Source of the DNA: Octopus sinensis
Lineage: Eukaryota
DNA length: 63,910 bases
Direction of reading: 5' to 3'
Assembly (NCBI RefSeq): GCF_006345805.1
Contig: NC_043006.1
Location: forward strand, 74,834,001 to 74,897,910
The notes under the pieces were generated by a model that worked only from the letters and a program-made list of their open reading frames with translations, had not been told where the DNA came from and made no database searches. Position numbers and translations under genes: made by a program. This document shows, piece after piece, positions 38,277-53,301 of the stretch (within the stretch, counting starts at the first letter, position 1; each line of letters starts with the position of its first letter).

Positions 38277-39054
38277 TTTTGTTCATCATGTACGTGTGTA
38301 TTCACCATATTTTCTTCATTTTATTCAAGTGAAGAGAAACTGAAGCATGTCTTTGGCAATTCCGTAGCGTATTGTGCTTATTTTGTGCGTGACTTTTGGC
38401 CCAGCCTATAAGTGTGACGGGTAGAGGGGTATGTGTGTAAATAGCTAGCTAGCTAGCTAGAAAGTTAGATATATCGATAGACGTATATAAACGCACTATA
38501 ACGCGCGCGCACACACACACACGCACAAACAAACTAATAAAACAAGTCTGGTTATATTCCTTACCCAGTCTATTCAAGTGATATCTCTCCGTGACACAAC
38601 CAAAGCGTGTAAGTTATCACCATGGTTTAAAACATAAACAAAGTAAATTTAATTTTATATTTTATTTTGTTAATAATGGTTTCGCACAAACATTTGGATT
38701 TTATTTTAAATTTATATTTCCTTTCCGAATTTGCTTCATAGCGCGGACAATATATGATGGCTTTCATCTGGTACATTATATAAAAATTAGTGGACGTGGG
38801 AAAGATGTAGATGTTCCACTAACGTTCCTTTCGATTTCAGTATAGAAATAGTTTTGAAAGAGACTTATGGCGCCATCTATTTTATCTTTAATGCTGCGGT
38901 TCTTGTTGTTGTTGTTGATGATGAAGATGATGATGATAATGATGATAATTTCGAAGATCTAAGAGTCACTGCTTTCATATCTTCTAAAGATATAAAAGCC
39001 GTGACTTGACAAGATTTTATTTCCGTCATATACATACGTGTGTTTTATATATAT

Positions 39055-39087
<33 letters not shown>

Positions 39088-40325
39088 TTGTATCTTGGAC
39101 ACGTTCTATGTGTCATTCTATTTTTAAGTTGGTAACATGCGAGTTGAAGGATATATAGTTGCTATTTCTGGCAAATCAGGTGACTGCGTAAGACGTCACT
39201 TGTTGATGGTTTTGTAGCGTAAACAAACAGCCCCATGGTATGCTGGTTGGTAGTCGGCGGAACGGTTGGAAACAAGACACAGATCCATCTGTCTAGTTTA
39301 GACATTGGTAACCGCTCTTGAAAAGCGGGCCGCATGAAACATGGTTCATCATTAAGTGGGCCGCATTGCTAAAACAACTCAAGGTAATTTTTCGATAGGA
39401 ATGCCATTTAGAAAGTCCCGCGGGCCATAGTTTGTTTGGGTTAGAATCATACTACCCCGCCTCCCGCCATGCAATGGTGGAATTCTATGGGGTATAGTCT
39501 GAACATGTTTCATCCTCTTCACTTTGTCCAATCAATTTCTGTGCGCCATCAGATTCTGTTTGGTGACTGCGGCTGAGGTGGGCACGGTGGACTCTGTAAA
39601 AGTGTGCCAGTTGTTCCATTGCATTGGTTCATCTAGTGGTGTTATATTAGAAGTGGTTGACAACTATATAGAAGGTAACAATTAAAAATATTTATTTGTA
39701 AAATATAATCCACCTATCCTCGTTTGTTACAGAGGTTTGATTCCTAAAAAACAGTGTTAAATAAATCCGTGATAAATGAATCATTTCCGCACACGTAAAT
39801 GGAACGAATTGTTGATTCATTGACACGAAACTCGCGGTCCACAGAAGCGAAGCTTCAACCGTCACGTATTTTCTTGATTATCTCTACTTTTCCAGTAAAG
39901 AATACAATCGTCTGCTTTGTTGACTAGGATCAGATGCCTTCGCATTTTTTCTGATCATTGGCCCAATTGTTTATGGTTACGAGCACGTAAATTCCTACAA
40001 GAAATACGCAGCATCACCATAAGACTATGTAAATACAAACGAGAGTCAGTGCATTCTGGGTTGCTGAGCATTGTGGGTGATTGCTTGGGTGTGTTTTTTT
40101 TGTGGTAAAAGCGCCATCTTCGATTGATTTACCAACTCGTGTTATTACAGATCAATCCGTGATAAAGATAACATAGTTTACAAATAAACGTACCATGTTA
40201 TCATGGATGAGCAATGAATGAATCGGCGATAAACGAGGCTACATATATCCCATTAGAAATCAAATTGCTCCACTACTACTACTACTAATAATAATATTGC
40301 TGCTGCTGCTATACTACTACTACTG

Positions 40326-40370
<45 letters not shown>

Positions 40371-42929
40371 TACTACTACTACTACAACCGTTAATAATTG
40401 TTTCAAACAAATGAAAATAATAATGGTTCCAAATTTTGGCACATGTCTAGCAGTTTTGAGAGAGGGTTTGAGTCGTTTACAACGATCCCAGTGTTCAATT
40501 GGTACTTATTTTATCGATCATGAAAAGGTGTTAGTCAAAGTCGACACAGGCGATATTTGAACTCAGAACGTAAAGCCAGAAGATACACTGCTAAGCATCT
40601 TGTCCGGCGTGCTGACAATTCATCCAACCCGCCACTTCACATTAATAATTCTTTCAAATGCTGGCACAAAGTTTCAGAAATTTTTGTGGGACGGGGTGAG
40701 TGGATCACATCGTCTCCAGTACTTGTCTGGCACTTACATTTTTTTTTACCCTGAACGATGAAAAAAAGCAAAGTTGATCTCCACAATATTCGAACTAAGA
40801 ACGTACAGACGGACGAAAAAAGCCCGAAACATTTTGCCCGGCGTGCTAACGATTCTGCCAGCTCATTGCCTTACAAGGATCTAAGATATTGAGGACAAGA
40901 AAGACGAAGTACAAAGACACCACAAAGGGGGTTTTCTCGAGAATAAAGAAATCGACCAAAACGGTAGATATAACATAAAAAGTTTCTATGTGGAAACCCG
41001 ATGTATTCACACACACACATGAAGGGTTCTTTGGTTTTCCCATCGCTCGACAAACGGTGTTGGTTTGTTTGCGTTTCTGTAAATTAACACTTTGACAAGA
41101 GACTAATAAATTAAATATTAGACTTAAAAGATATATACTAGAGTTGATTTGATCGACAAAACCCTTCAAGGTGGTGCCCTAGAATGACAGCAATCCAAGG
41201 AATAAAACAAATAAAAGAATTTTTAAAATGAAAGGACGAAATCCAGGAACCGGTGCCAAGGTATTCAGCGCCTTACAAAGTGCACTTCATTCTCTCAGTT
41301 ATAAATGCTTGACGATTAAAGTAAAGAATAATAGGTGGTTAAACTCCGGTTCGGTGTATTATCACATGCATCATTTATAAGGAGAATTTTTCTTCTGAAA
41401 TAACTTCTACAGCAAAAGTCTCTCCACGTTTGAGTGTACACAAACATGTTAAATACGAATATACACAGATTTAACAACAGCAATTCCTCGGTGACATATA
41501 CCGTATTTGCCGGTGTATAAGACGCAATCTCGCATAAGAGGCATCCCCCTTTTACACGTGTATTTTGTGGGCACACGATTTCACATCAGGAGTCTTGCAA
41601 CACAAATTCATAAACGTAAATTTAATATATTTTATCCTAAACTTACCAAAAGGTATTTTACTAGGGTAAAATGTATGATTCAGTGCATGTAAAGTTTTGT
41701 GACAGTATCCTGGAATAAAGTATGAAATCTTAAATTTATCACAAATAAATTACATTATGGGAGTTTTGTATCTCAGTTTCATCTCCTTTCAGATCAATTG
41801 TTTATTTATCAAGAGAATTGTCATACACGATGTAAAACTCATATTTCTGGCTTTGATATTTTATGTAACCGCTACTGGTCTCCATGGTGGCGCACCACTG
41901 CTATGATTTTGTTGTCATCCACTCATTGCAAATAGCTAACAGAGGATGAAAGTTTGTTAATATTGCATTAATCTTTCTTGGAGAATTTTTAGATAATTAA
42001 AATATGTTTCTTAAAAGTAACAGTCATTGTGTCTCAAAGACGTGTCTCACCCGGTTCTTTATTTAGCCTATGATAATTAGTCTCCTATCCGTGAAACAAC
42101 TGGTACTCCGTCGGTTACGATGATGAGTTTTCCAGTTGATTCGATCAACGAATCAGCCTGCTCGTGCAATTAACTTACAAGTGGCTGAGAACTCCACAGC
42201 CACGCGTACTCTTAACGTAGTTCTCTGGGAGATTCAACATGACATAGAATGTGACAAGGCTGGCCTCTTGAAATACAAGTACTATTCATTTTTGCCAGGT
42301 GAGTGGACTGGATCAACGTGAAATCAAGTGTCTTTTCCAAGGATACACTGCACCACTGGGAATCGAATTCACAACCATACGATCGTAGGTCGAGTACCCT
42401 AACCACCAAACCACGCACCTTCACTCTCCTATCCTTAATATTGCATTAGACGCAGGGCAGTTTTTTTATGTATTTAAAAATAAGAGAAAAAAGCGCAAAT
42501 TCGGTAAATACCATGACTAAATGTATGAAAATATTTGCAACAATTTCTTTTTATTGTTTACTTTTATGTCCTTCAAAAAGCTGTGATTTTTAATTGAAAT
42601 AAGAAATTTTATCTAATTGTTCAGAATTTGTAAGACGCCCACAGATTTTAGCGTCCTGGGTGATTATCTGGTTGCTTAGTGCATCGCGCCAGACACAGCA
42701 CGAAAAGCCCACGGCCAAGGACATCACTTTGCTTCTTTCTACCTACTTACAAAAGCATATTACTACAAATAATAATGATGATGATGATGATGATCTTTTC
42801 TACTGTAGGCACAAGGCCAGAACTTTGAGGGGAGGGAGCTAGTCAATTACATGGATCCCAGTGTTCCACTGGTACTTATTTTATCGACCTCGGAAAGGAT
42901 GAAAGGAAAATCGGTTTCAGCGCCATTTC

Positions 42930-42984
42930 ATCAATAATAACAATAATAATGACAATAAAAATGATGATGATGATGATGATGATG

Positions 42985-43033
<49 letters not shown>

Positions 43034-43056
43034 TAATAATAATAATAATGATGATG

Positions 43057-43117
<61 letters not shown>

Positions 43118-43135
43118 TGATGATGATGATGATGT

Positions 43136-43170
<35 letters not shown>

Positions 43171-43174
43171 ATGT

Positions 43175-43214
<40 letters not shown>

Positions 43215-43218
43215 CATG
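42930..43218. repeat. Compound (TAA)n/(TGA)n microsatellite
   Basis: Seen directly; source of the poly-I/M ORFs. Confidence 0.95.
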
Positions 43219-43824
43219 GTGATTACTTTAAGACGAAGGCCTCAAGTATTATGTTAAGAAGTGGGGATAGTCATTAAATTTTGACTGATATTTATTTTAT
43301 TGATCCCTGAAGAAGAAGAAAAAAGATGAAAGGCAAGGTCGGCCTCTAGCGGGGATTTGAATTTAGAACATAAAGAGAAAATCATCAATTACCGCAAGGC
43401 ATTTTGTCTAAAGCGAAGGAAAATGTGTTTTCAATGTGTTTACGAGAACTTAAGAAGCTGTCAAGAAGAAACGAAAGAAAACCATAAAATGGCCGTTATT
43501 AGCAAGACAGTAATATTTCTACTTGGCTGTTACAATCAGATATTTTCATTACACATGTTTCTTGATAGACACACTTACACACGCACAAACGTACATAAAC
43601 ATACATACATATATACATAAACATACACACACACAATCTTAGAAACGCACACATATACGCAGGCGCAGAAGTGTTTGTGTGGTAAGTAGCTTGCTTACGA
43701 ACCACTTGGTTCTGGGTTCATTCCCACTGCGTGGCACCTCGGGCAAGTGTCTTCTACTATAGCCTCGGGTCGACCAAAGCCTTATGAGTGGATTTGGTAG
43801 ACGGAAACTGAAAGAAGCCCGTTG

Positions 43825-44779
<955 letters not shown>

Positions 44780-45016
44780 ATATATCTGTGTGTCTGTGTT
44801 TGTCCCCACCCCAACATCGCTTGACAACCGATGCTGGTGTGTTTACATCCCCGTAATTTAGCGGTTGGCAAAAGAGACCGATAGAATAAATACTAGGTTT
44901 ACAAAGAGTAAGTTCTGGGGTCGATTTACTCGACTAAAGGTGGTGATCCAGCATGGCCACAGTCAAATGACTGAAACAAGTAAAAGAATACAGACATATA
45001 TACACACACATACATA

Positions 45017-45812
45017 CAGGGTGCGATGGGTAAATAGTCGCAACTGTATGTTTTTAATTTCGCGCATGCGCTTTATTTGTCTTTGACTTTGTCGACTACA
45101 CAGTATGGTAAGGTCAGTTGGACACCATCTGAGAGAAAAACAATACCAGGACTCAATTTACTCTGCCAAAAATTTGGAAACAAGGTACTGTGCTACTTGG
45201 CAGTATCGCCGGAACCTCCAATACGAATATTTCATAGTGTTTGGATGTCAATCTGAGGACACTGCAATCTGAGGACATGTACCGAGAGTTATAGAAATAG
45301 AACATCCAGTCAACATCATGGTGTTTGGAGTGATCACTAGTGATGGCAACGTTATGCCTCCATTCATCTTCCCACACGGTTTCAGACTAAACATGGAGGC
45401 CTACATCAAGTGCCTGGAGGACGTAGTGCTGCCCTGCGTCAAGAGGATGGCTGCTTGAAGACCCTATGTCTGACAACAGGACTCTGTACCATACCACACC
45501 AGCAGGAGAACCCAATCATGGCTGTCAGACAATTTCTGCGACCACATTACCCCTAACATCTGGCCACCTAACTCCCCAGACTGCAACCCCTTCGATTATT
45601 ATGTGCGGGGTGCAGTTGGGCGAGGGACTAACTTAAACAAGGAGACCGTCCAGAAGAGTTGCAGGAGATTCCGAAGTCGTCTAGAGACCGTGGTTGAAGC
45701 CAATGGGGATTTTACTGAATATGTAATTTTGGTAAATATATCTGTAAAGTGAGATGGCAGTGTTATTTTCGTTTTTCCGTAACTTAGACGACACTTGATT
45801 CACCGCAACTTG
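45017..45812 (+). mobile_element. Deleted maT/DD37D (Tc1-mariner superfamily) transposon remnant
   Basis: TA|CAGGGTG left end. Translation QQDSVPYHTSRRTQSWLSDNFCDHITPNIWPPNSPDCNPFDYY has 37 residues between the second and third Asp. The right end is degenerate and approximate. Confidence 0.75.
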
Positions 45813-46092
45813 TTTGTATGTATGTATGTATGTATGTATGTATGTATGTATGTATGTATGTATGTATGTATGTAGCAAGACGGCTAAATCGTTACCATGC
45901 CGATCAAAATGCTTAACAGCATGCCGAGGGTGACTTTGCCCTTCATTCTTTGAGTCGATAAATTAAGTACCAGTGAAACACTGCGTCGATGTAGTCGATT
46001 AGTCCTCTACCCCGAAATTTCAGGCCTTGTGCCTTTAGTAGAAAGGCTCTCTCTCTCTCTCTCTCTCTCTCTACTCTCTCTATCTATCTATC

Positions 46093-46146
<54 letters not shown>

Positions 46147-46309
46147 GAACTATCCATCTCTCTTTCTCTCTTTCTATATAATAATAATAATAAAAATGAT
46201 GATAATAATAATAATAATAACAACAACAACAACAATAATAATAATAGGGAATATGATTCCAAACTTACAGGAAAAAAATCAATTTAGTAATACTAAATCA
46301 AATTTCACA

Positions 46310-46615
46310 ATACATAATACATGTATATAAATTAGAGAAGAACCACCATGTAGCAATTCAACAATGATATACTTAAATCATACCATATAGAAAAAAATTA
46401 AAGACACGATAAAACATTTACCTAGAACTATATAAAGTACGAAATAATATATTATATATAAATACTTATATATACTATTTATTTATTATTTCGTATGTTA
46501 TTTAGTTCTAGGTAAATGTTTTATCGTATCTTTAATTTTTGCTATATGGTATGATTTAAGTATATCATTGTTGAATTGCAACATAGTGGTTCTTCTGTAA
46601 TTTATATGCATGTAT

Positions 46616-46625
<10 letters not shown>
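46310..46625. repeat. AT-rich palindrome (~140-bp arms); arm homologous to 4775-4910
   Basis: GCAATTCAACAATGATATACTTAAATCATACCATATAG pairs with CTATATGGTATGATTTAAGTATATCATTGTTGAATTGC. Confidence 0.85.
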
Positions 46626-46646
<21 letters not shown>

Positions 46647-47336
46647 ATATATATATTATATATTATATATATATAATATATATATATAATATATATATAT
46701 ATATGTAAATAGTAATGCAATACGAGAGTATTGCTTTCCAGTAAAGTACTTCGTTGTGCCATATATTTACTTATATATATATATATTATATATATATATA
46801 TATAATATATACATACGAAGGACGATAAACTAAATACTATACAAGACTAAGTCTTGCTTTATTGAATTTATCCTTGCGTCGAGAGAGGATAAACAACCAA
46901 CTAGCGACATTTGTGACCGAATCCCAATGTAAAGGGAAAACCTCAAAGAAATAACAATTCCCTCTCTCTCCTCCACTCTCTCTGCCCCCCTTTCTCTTCC
47001 CTTCTCTTATATGTGTGTGTGTGCGTGCGTGCGCGCGTACGTGGTTGTGTGTGTGCCACTCTAATTAATAAGTCACAGTATAAATAATGGCGAAACTTTC
47101 TAATAGGAATGAAATAGTGCTATACAGCATTGCCACTTAACAAGAAATTTCAAATGTGTGAACTTTGTCTTCCTAGTCTTCGTTGATTTCTCATTTAAAC
47201 TTCTATCTCCGTTTCGTGTTGCGAGGAGATGGTTATCTCCCTGGTATCACCGGTTATAGGCAGAGGGAGCCACACGCATACATACATATATACATATATA
47301 CAAATATACATACGCATGTATGTATGCGTATATATA

Positions 47337-47383
<47 letters not shown>

Positions 47384-47559
47384 ATACATACATATCTGTG
47401 TGTGTCTGTCTGTCTGCGTGTATTTGTTGGATGCGCAACTGGACAAGTCTTCAATATTTGTTGCAGAGTTTTCTTTATTCGTTCGATGTCGATGCTTCGT
47501 TCCGTCACTGCTTCGAATATGAAATCCCATGCGAGGTCATCTGAAGGACAGTAGTACGA

Positions 47560-47637
47560 GATTAAGACACATCGAATACCTGCAGTGACTCACTAGCTTC
47601 GGACGAATACACACACACACACACACACACACATACA

Positions 47638-47677
<40 letters not shown>

Positions 47678-48090
47678 ACGCTCGCGCGCACACACACACA
47701 CACACACATACATACATACATACATATATACAGACAGACATACGCACATACGTACGTACATACATACGCACACACATATATGTATATATATATCTATGAA
47801 TGTATATATGCGTGTATTAGTGTGTGTGTAACTGTATGTGTGAGGGATGGTTGTACATGTGTGCATGCGTTCCTGCGTGTTTGTATATAGCTGTATATAT
47901 ATATATATACATACATATGTATGCATAGATGCTTGTATACATGTGTTTATATATGTGTGCATACACACTCACATACACAAATACATACATATATACGCAT
48001 ACACAAACACAAAACACACATACACAAACATTCACACGCACACACACACACATTCAAGCTTCAAGCACACACGCACTCACATACAAACGT
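47560..48090. repeat. Long (CA)n/(TACA)n/(TG)n low-complexity block; one of many di- and tetranucleotide tracts (e.g. 11885-12115, 32385-32595, 49085-49375, 57275-57545)
   Basis: Seen directly. Confidence 0.9.
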
Positions 48091-49377
48091 GTGATTGCCT
48101 GCAGATGTAACAATAGAGAGACATAACAATTCATTGGCATTATCATATTTAAACAAATTTCTTTGTTAAAATCCTGACTATTTTGAATAATTTATGCAAC
48201 TGAACTTTTAGCTAAAGATTTTTTTAAAAAAACAACCAGCATAAGATTTCTATTGTTTAATTCTCAGTTCAGATCTTATCCAATAAACCTCTGATCAAAG
48301 GCATTCCATCCTCAACGTCCCTATTTTTGTCTTAAAATAATTTCAGAAAATGACGTAGCTAATATCACTTGCCACGGTTATCTTTCATTTTGTAAAATGC
48401 CAGGGAGATATCTGCCTGTTGTACAAGCAGATCGCCCTGTTTCTCCAACATTATAAAAGGAAGGTGCATGCGCTTTGCAGAACATTGCTGGCGAGTTGAA
48501 CAAGAGCTGACGAGTGACCTACTTCTATCGACGCAAAAGCGTGGCAGTACGTGAGCTGATCGTCTGAATACAACGCATATAGATCAGCTCATCTGAGACG
48601 CTTGATGTCTACCAGGAGACCTCTCGTAGCTAATACAGGACCGCGAACGATGGTGGTCATGTGCGTGTTAAAAATGTCCAAGCAAGCTCGACCAGATGCA
48701 CGAGTATCGCAGTTTATACAGCGGCATTGTTAACAATGAAATTTGAGGAAACAACCAAAGCGTTTTTCCTTGAACTTCTTATCTAAATAAATATAAAAGT
48801 TATTTTGATGGTGGATTCACTTTCATAATGATTTCTTTTACAACAGGTCCGCACGCGCAGACACACACATACATACACACGCATACATACACACACATAT
48901 AAACATACATATGGATACACACACATATAATGTGGAAACAATGTGCAGGAGATCAACGCTAACTTCACAATGCATACATACGTACGTGCAGACAAACATA
49001 CATGTATACATATATACAAACATACAAATATGCATCTACATAATACATACATACAAACTAGTATAATATCTATATAGTATACACAATCCAATTATACATA
49101 TATATGTATCTATATATATATATTAGATATATATTATATAATATATATTATTATATATATATATATATATATAATGTATATATTATATATATATATATAT
49201 GATATGCTATATATTATATATATATATTATATGTATATATAATATATATTATATATTATATATATATATATGTATATATATAATATATATATATATGTAT
49301 ATATATTATATATAATATTATATATATATAATATATAGATATATATATATATATAATATATATATAATATATATATG

Positions 49378-49702
49378 GATGGAAACACTCCGTCGGTTAC
49401 GACGACGAGGGTCCGGTTGATCCGAATCAACAGAACAGCCTGCTCGTGAAATTAACGTGTAAGTAGCTGAGCACTCCACAGACACGTGACCCTAACGTAG
49501 TTCTCGGGGATATTCAGCGTGATACAGAGAGTGACAAGGCCGGCCCTTTGAAATACAGGTACAACAGAAACAGAAGTAAGAGTGAGAGAAAGTTGTGGTG
49601 AAAGAGTACAGCAGGAATCACCACCATCCCCTGCCGGAGCCTCGTGGAGCTTTAGGTGTTTTCGCTCAATAAACACTCACAACGCCCGGTCTGGGAATCG
49701 AA
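49378..49702 (-). mobile_element. Family A SINE with the head cut off by the (TA)n/Penelope junction
   Basis: Body matches the 20728 and 33175 copies and stops at GGGAATCGAAA. Confidence 0.85.
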
Positions 49703-49704
49703 AA

Positions 49705-51620
49705 TATATATATATATAGAAAATAGTAAAAAGTGAAAAAACTACCGAAGGCTTGTTTTAAAAGGTTAAAAAATATATATTTGAGTCATTATGTCTGAAG
49801 AATGTTATAAATTTTTTTTCATACAATGACATAGGTTTTTGAAGAAATGACCGTTTTCGCGTTCGCTTTTCAAATTTCTTACATCGTTATGTTTTCGTTG
49901 AGAAGTGTAAAGAAGAGTTCCAGATAAGGGGAGGTAATAAGTGATTTCTTCCGGTGTAAGGAGATAATCGCTTAATATTTCTTGCCTTTTTTTTTGGGTG
50001 AGTTTCTCTGTATAAGAATGTTGGAATGTTAAGTTTGGGCTTGTTTTTTCAATGAAGAATGTTTCCTTGTTTAGTCTAATTTGTGTGGTGTTCCGATAGC
50101 ACATTGGTAAATGGAAAGATTAAAAATTGTGGTAGTATTTGCTTGCGCATTTCTCAATGTGGCTCACTAAAGGGTATCATTCTGTATTCTGGGAATGCAA
50201 TCTGTTGTCGATGCAGTGTGCATCTACGTCTGAGTGATAGTCCCGTGGACCCCCACGTAGTTTTGGTGGCAGCCTGAGCATCTTATGACATAAATTATGT
50301 TTTCAGAGGCACAAGTAAAATTAGATTTGATCTTGAAATTCTGTCCCCTCTTTGAAGAGGAATTCTGATCCTTCTAGAAGGTTTGGACATGTTGCACAGT
50401 TCGGTCTACCACATTTTTTAACTTTTGCATCCGTAATTTCAGAAAACAATTTTGGCCTTTGTGAGAATCTTTTTAGGTTGTTGTAGTCTTTTATGATTTG
50501 GTGTATGTTTAGAATTTCCTTTAATTTGGGGTCCTTATGAAGTATTGGTAAATTCTGGGTGATGATGGTGAAGGCTTCTTGTTTCTGGGGTTGTATGTGG
50601 ATATGTAAGGTAGTATTTTCGGGGATGGTGTGTTGTTGTGTTGAACTTTTCTCAAAGTTTCTATGTTGATTTCTGTTGCACGTCTGATCCCATCCTCTAT
50701 GAGTTGAGCTGGGTAATGTCTGTCAATTAGGGTGTTTTTGAGTTCTTGCAGTCTAAAGTTCCTGGTATTTTGTTCTGACACTATTGTGCATATCCTTCTT
50801 GCAAGGTTGAAGGGGATGTTTGTTTTAGTGTGTCTTGGGTGGCATGAATCAAAAAGTAGGTATTGTTTGGCGTCTGTGGCTTTGTAAAAATGTCTGTTTT
50901 CTATTTTAAGGTTAATTTTTAAATTAGTATATCCAAGAATGGGAGCTACTTTTGGTTATTCCATTGTGAACTGTATATTTGGGTTTATGCTGTTCAATAG
51001 GTTTTTGAATTTTAGGAGTTTATCTGTGTTTTTCATTCCAGAGTATAAAAAATCGTCCAGGAATCGTTTCCAATTCTCTTTTATGTATTGAGAGGAGGGG
51101 GTTACCAAAGATTGATAAAGATTCCTGGTAAATGATTATTTCCAGAGTAGCCCATTGTTAGGTTCGCAATGACTGGTGCTGCCCTTGTACCCATAGCAAT
51201 TCCGGATTTTTGACGGTAAAATGTATTGTCAACATGAAGTGGTTATATGTAGGATGAATTCAATTGATTTTAGTAATGAATTCTTTACTGATCCCTTTTG
51301 TATTTCTTCCGGAAATTGGTCCAGCCAGAACTGTATTGGCCTCTAGTCCATAATTACGAGTATACTGGTATATAAGTTAACTACATCAAATGAAACCATG
51401 ATGTTTCTTCTTTGGCTTTTTTTGGAAGGTGGTTTAACATATCTAAGTCATCTCTGATATGGCTATCGATATTTTAAGGAAGGGTTTCAGGAGGATGTCC
51501 ATAATAGACTTAGTCTGTGTGTTTCACAGGTTGGGCCAGCTACAAAGGGTCGTAGTTTTAGGTCCCCCGGGTTAGGTGTGTGTATGTATGTCTTTGGTGA
51601 TTTTTTGAATGGTTTCATTT
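49705..51620 (-). mobile_element. Decayed Penelope-like retroelement (RT plus GIY-YIG-side ORF remnants)
   Basis: Minus-strand translations FYRQKSGIAMGTRAAPVIANLTMG, WKRFLDDF and RLQELKNTLIDRHYPAQLIEDGI..ILPYISTYNPRN are typical of the Penelope RT and linker. Frameshifted; (TA)n on both sides. Confidence 0.85.
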
Positions 51621-51699
51621 ATATATATTATATATATATATATATCTATATATATATATATATTATATATATAATAATATATATATTATAAAATACAGA

Positions 51700-52800
51700 T
51701 TAAGTGCAGGGCATCATCGACCAGCAAAAAAACACGTAAATACACGAGACATAAGTAGAAGACAAAATACCAAAAATACCACAAAATTACACAAAGGACA
51801 TCAACAGCAAGTGGAAAATACGTAAACAAATAACGAGAAACAAGTACCGGACAAAATACCGAAACAAGTCTAACTCCTCCTCAGTTGTCGACGATTTACT
51901 AATCCCTATTTCGACAGGAAAATTTCATAAGACAGCAGCATCCAGACATTTTTTAAATATAAAATTTGTGGATAGTTAGGGCTTCGAACGAACAAACAGT
52001 AACAGAGTGGACGTAAAGAGTAAACACCAAGGCAAACGTTAAGGGCCGTTGTCCTGTACTTAATCTATACTTTTTAAATTTATTTATAACCGAACGCCAC
52101 GCAGCCTTGTCCACAGTAAGTTCTTACATTTATCTATAATTTCTGTGACACCACACTCTGTTTTCTTTCTTTCTCGTTATCCCTCTATAATCCTCTTTAT
52201 TTTCCGTTTCTCCCCTCATTATTTGCTGTCCCCTGTCTTTCTTCCACTCCCAACTATCTTTCGTTCCTTCTCCCTTCTCCTCACTCCCTTTGTTTCATTT
52301 CATCCTCTCTCTCGTCCCCCTTCCCCTCTACCTGCTTGCTCACACGTGACTACAGGCAGTTCTCTCACCTCTGCACTTTTTGGACTTGGCCTTCGTTTAG
52401 CTGGACGTCATTTTCTCGCCTCCCCGACATTTTTTCTCTTCTACTTATTTTATACCTTTTCAAAGTTTCTCCCAGACGTTGCCCATTACCATTCGTCTTA
52501 GCCTGACGGCCCTTAATGTTTGTTTTCATCGATTGTTTACTCTGTACGTCCACTCTGTTGTTGTTTGTTCGTTCGAAGCCCTAACTCTCTACAAATTTTA
52601 TATTTAAAAAAATTCTGGATGCTGTTGGCTTATGACGTTTTTCTATCTTGTCGTTGAAAGCTCGAAATAAGGAGTAAGAAACAGTCGATAACTGAGGAGG
52701 AGTTATACTTCTTTTGGCATTTTGTCCTCTACTTATCTCTCGTGTATTTACGTGTGTTTTTCGCTCGTTGGTGATGTCCTGTACTTACGTGTATCTTATA
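51700..52800. repeat. Inverted repeat pair (~51700-52050 vs ~52505-52800) next to the Penelope ORF; probable inverted pseudo-LTR
   Basis: CTAACTCCTCCTCAGTTGTCGAC pairs with GTCGATAACTGAGGAGGAGTTA; ACGTAAATACACGAGACATAAGTAG pairs with CTACTTATCTCTCGTGTATTTACGT. Confidence 0.7.
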
Positions 52801-52820
52801 TACATATATATAGATATCTA

Positions 52821-52869
<49 letters not shown>

Positions 52870-53141
52870 ATATATTATGTATGTATATTAATATTAGGAA
52901 GATATTTCTGAGTCCACAGAGGAGAGAAGTTCAATTTAGTGGTACTAAAATGAATTACTCACTGTATTATATACATATATAAAGATAGGTTTAAGAGAAT
53001 TGTAGATATTAATTATGATAATTTTAATATTTAGTCCTACATGTACCTATTGTGGATAATGTCATTCAATGATGATTAAGTTGCTCGACGGTGATTCTGT
53101 CTCTTAAACATATCTATCTATCTATCTATCTATCTATCTAC

Positions 53142-53197
<56 letters not shown>

Positions 53198-53200
53198 TTA

Positions 53201-53243
<43 letters not shown>

Positions 53244-53244
53244 G

Positions 53245-53301
<57 letters not shown>

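Noticed and set aside
39930-40022. Short hydrophobic frame SDAFAFFLIIGPIVYGYEHV as a plus-strand exon
   Set aside because: It is bounded by stops, has no donor, and I recognise no homology.
48505-48545. CTGACGA motif as a hammerhead
   Set aside because: No stem II and no GAAA follow.
52685-52715. Hammerhead in the inverted pseudo-LTR (CTGAGGA-GGAG..CTTC)
   Set aside because: The GAAA core is absent in both arms.
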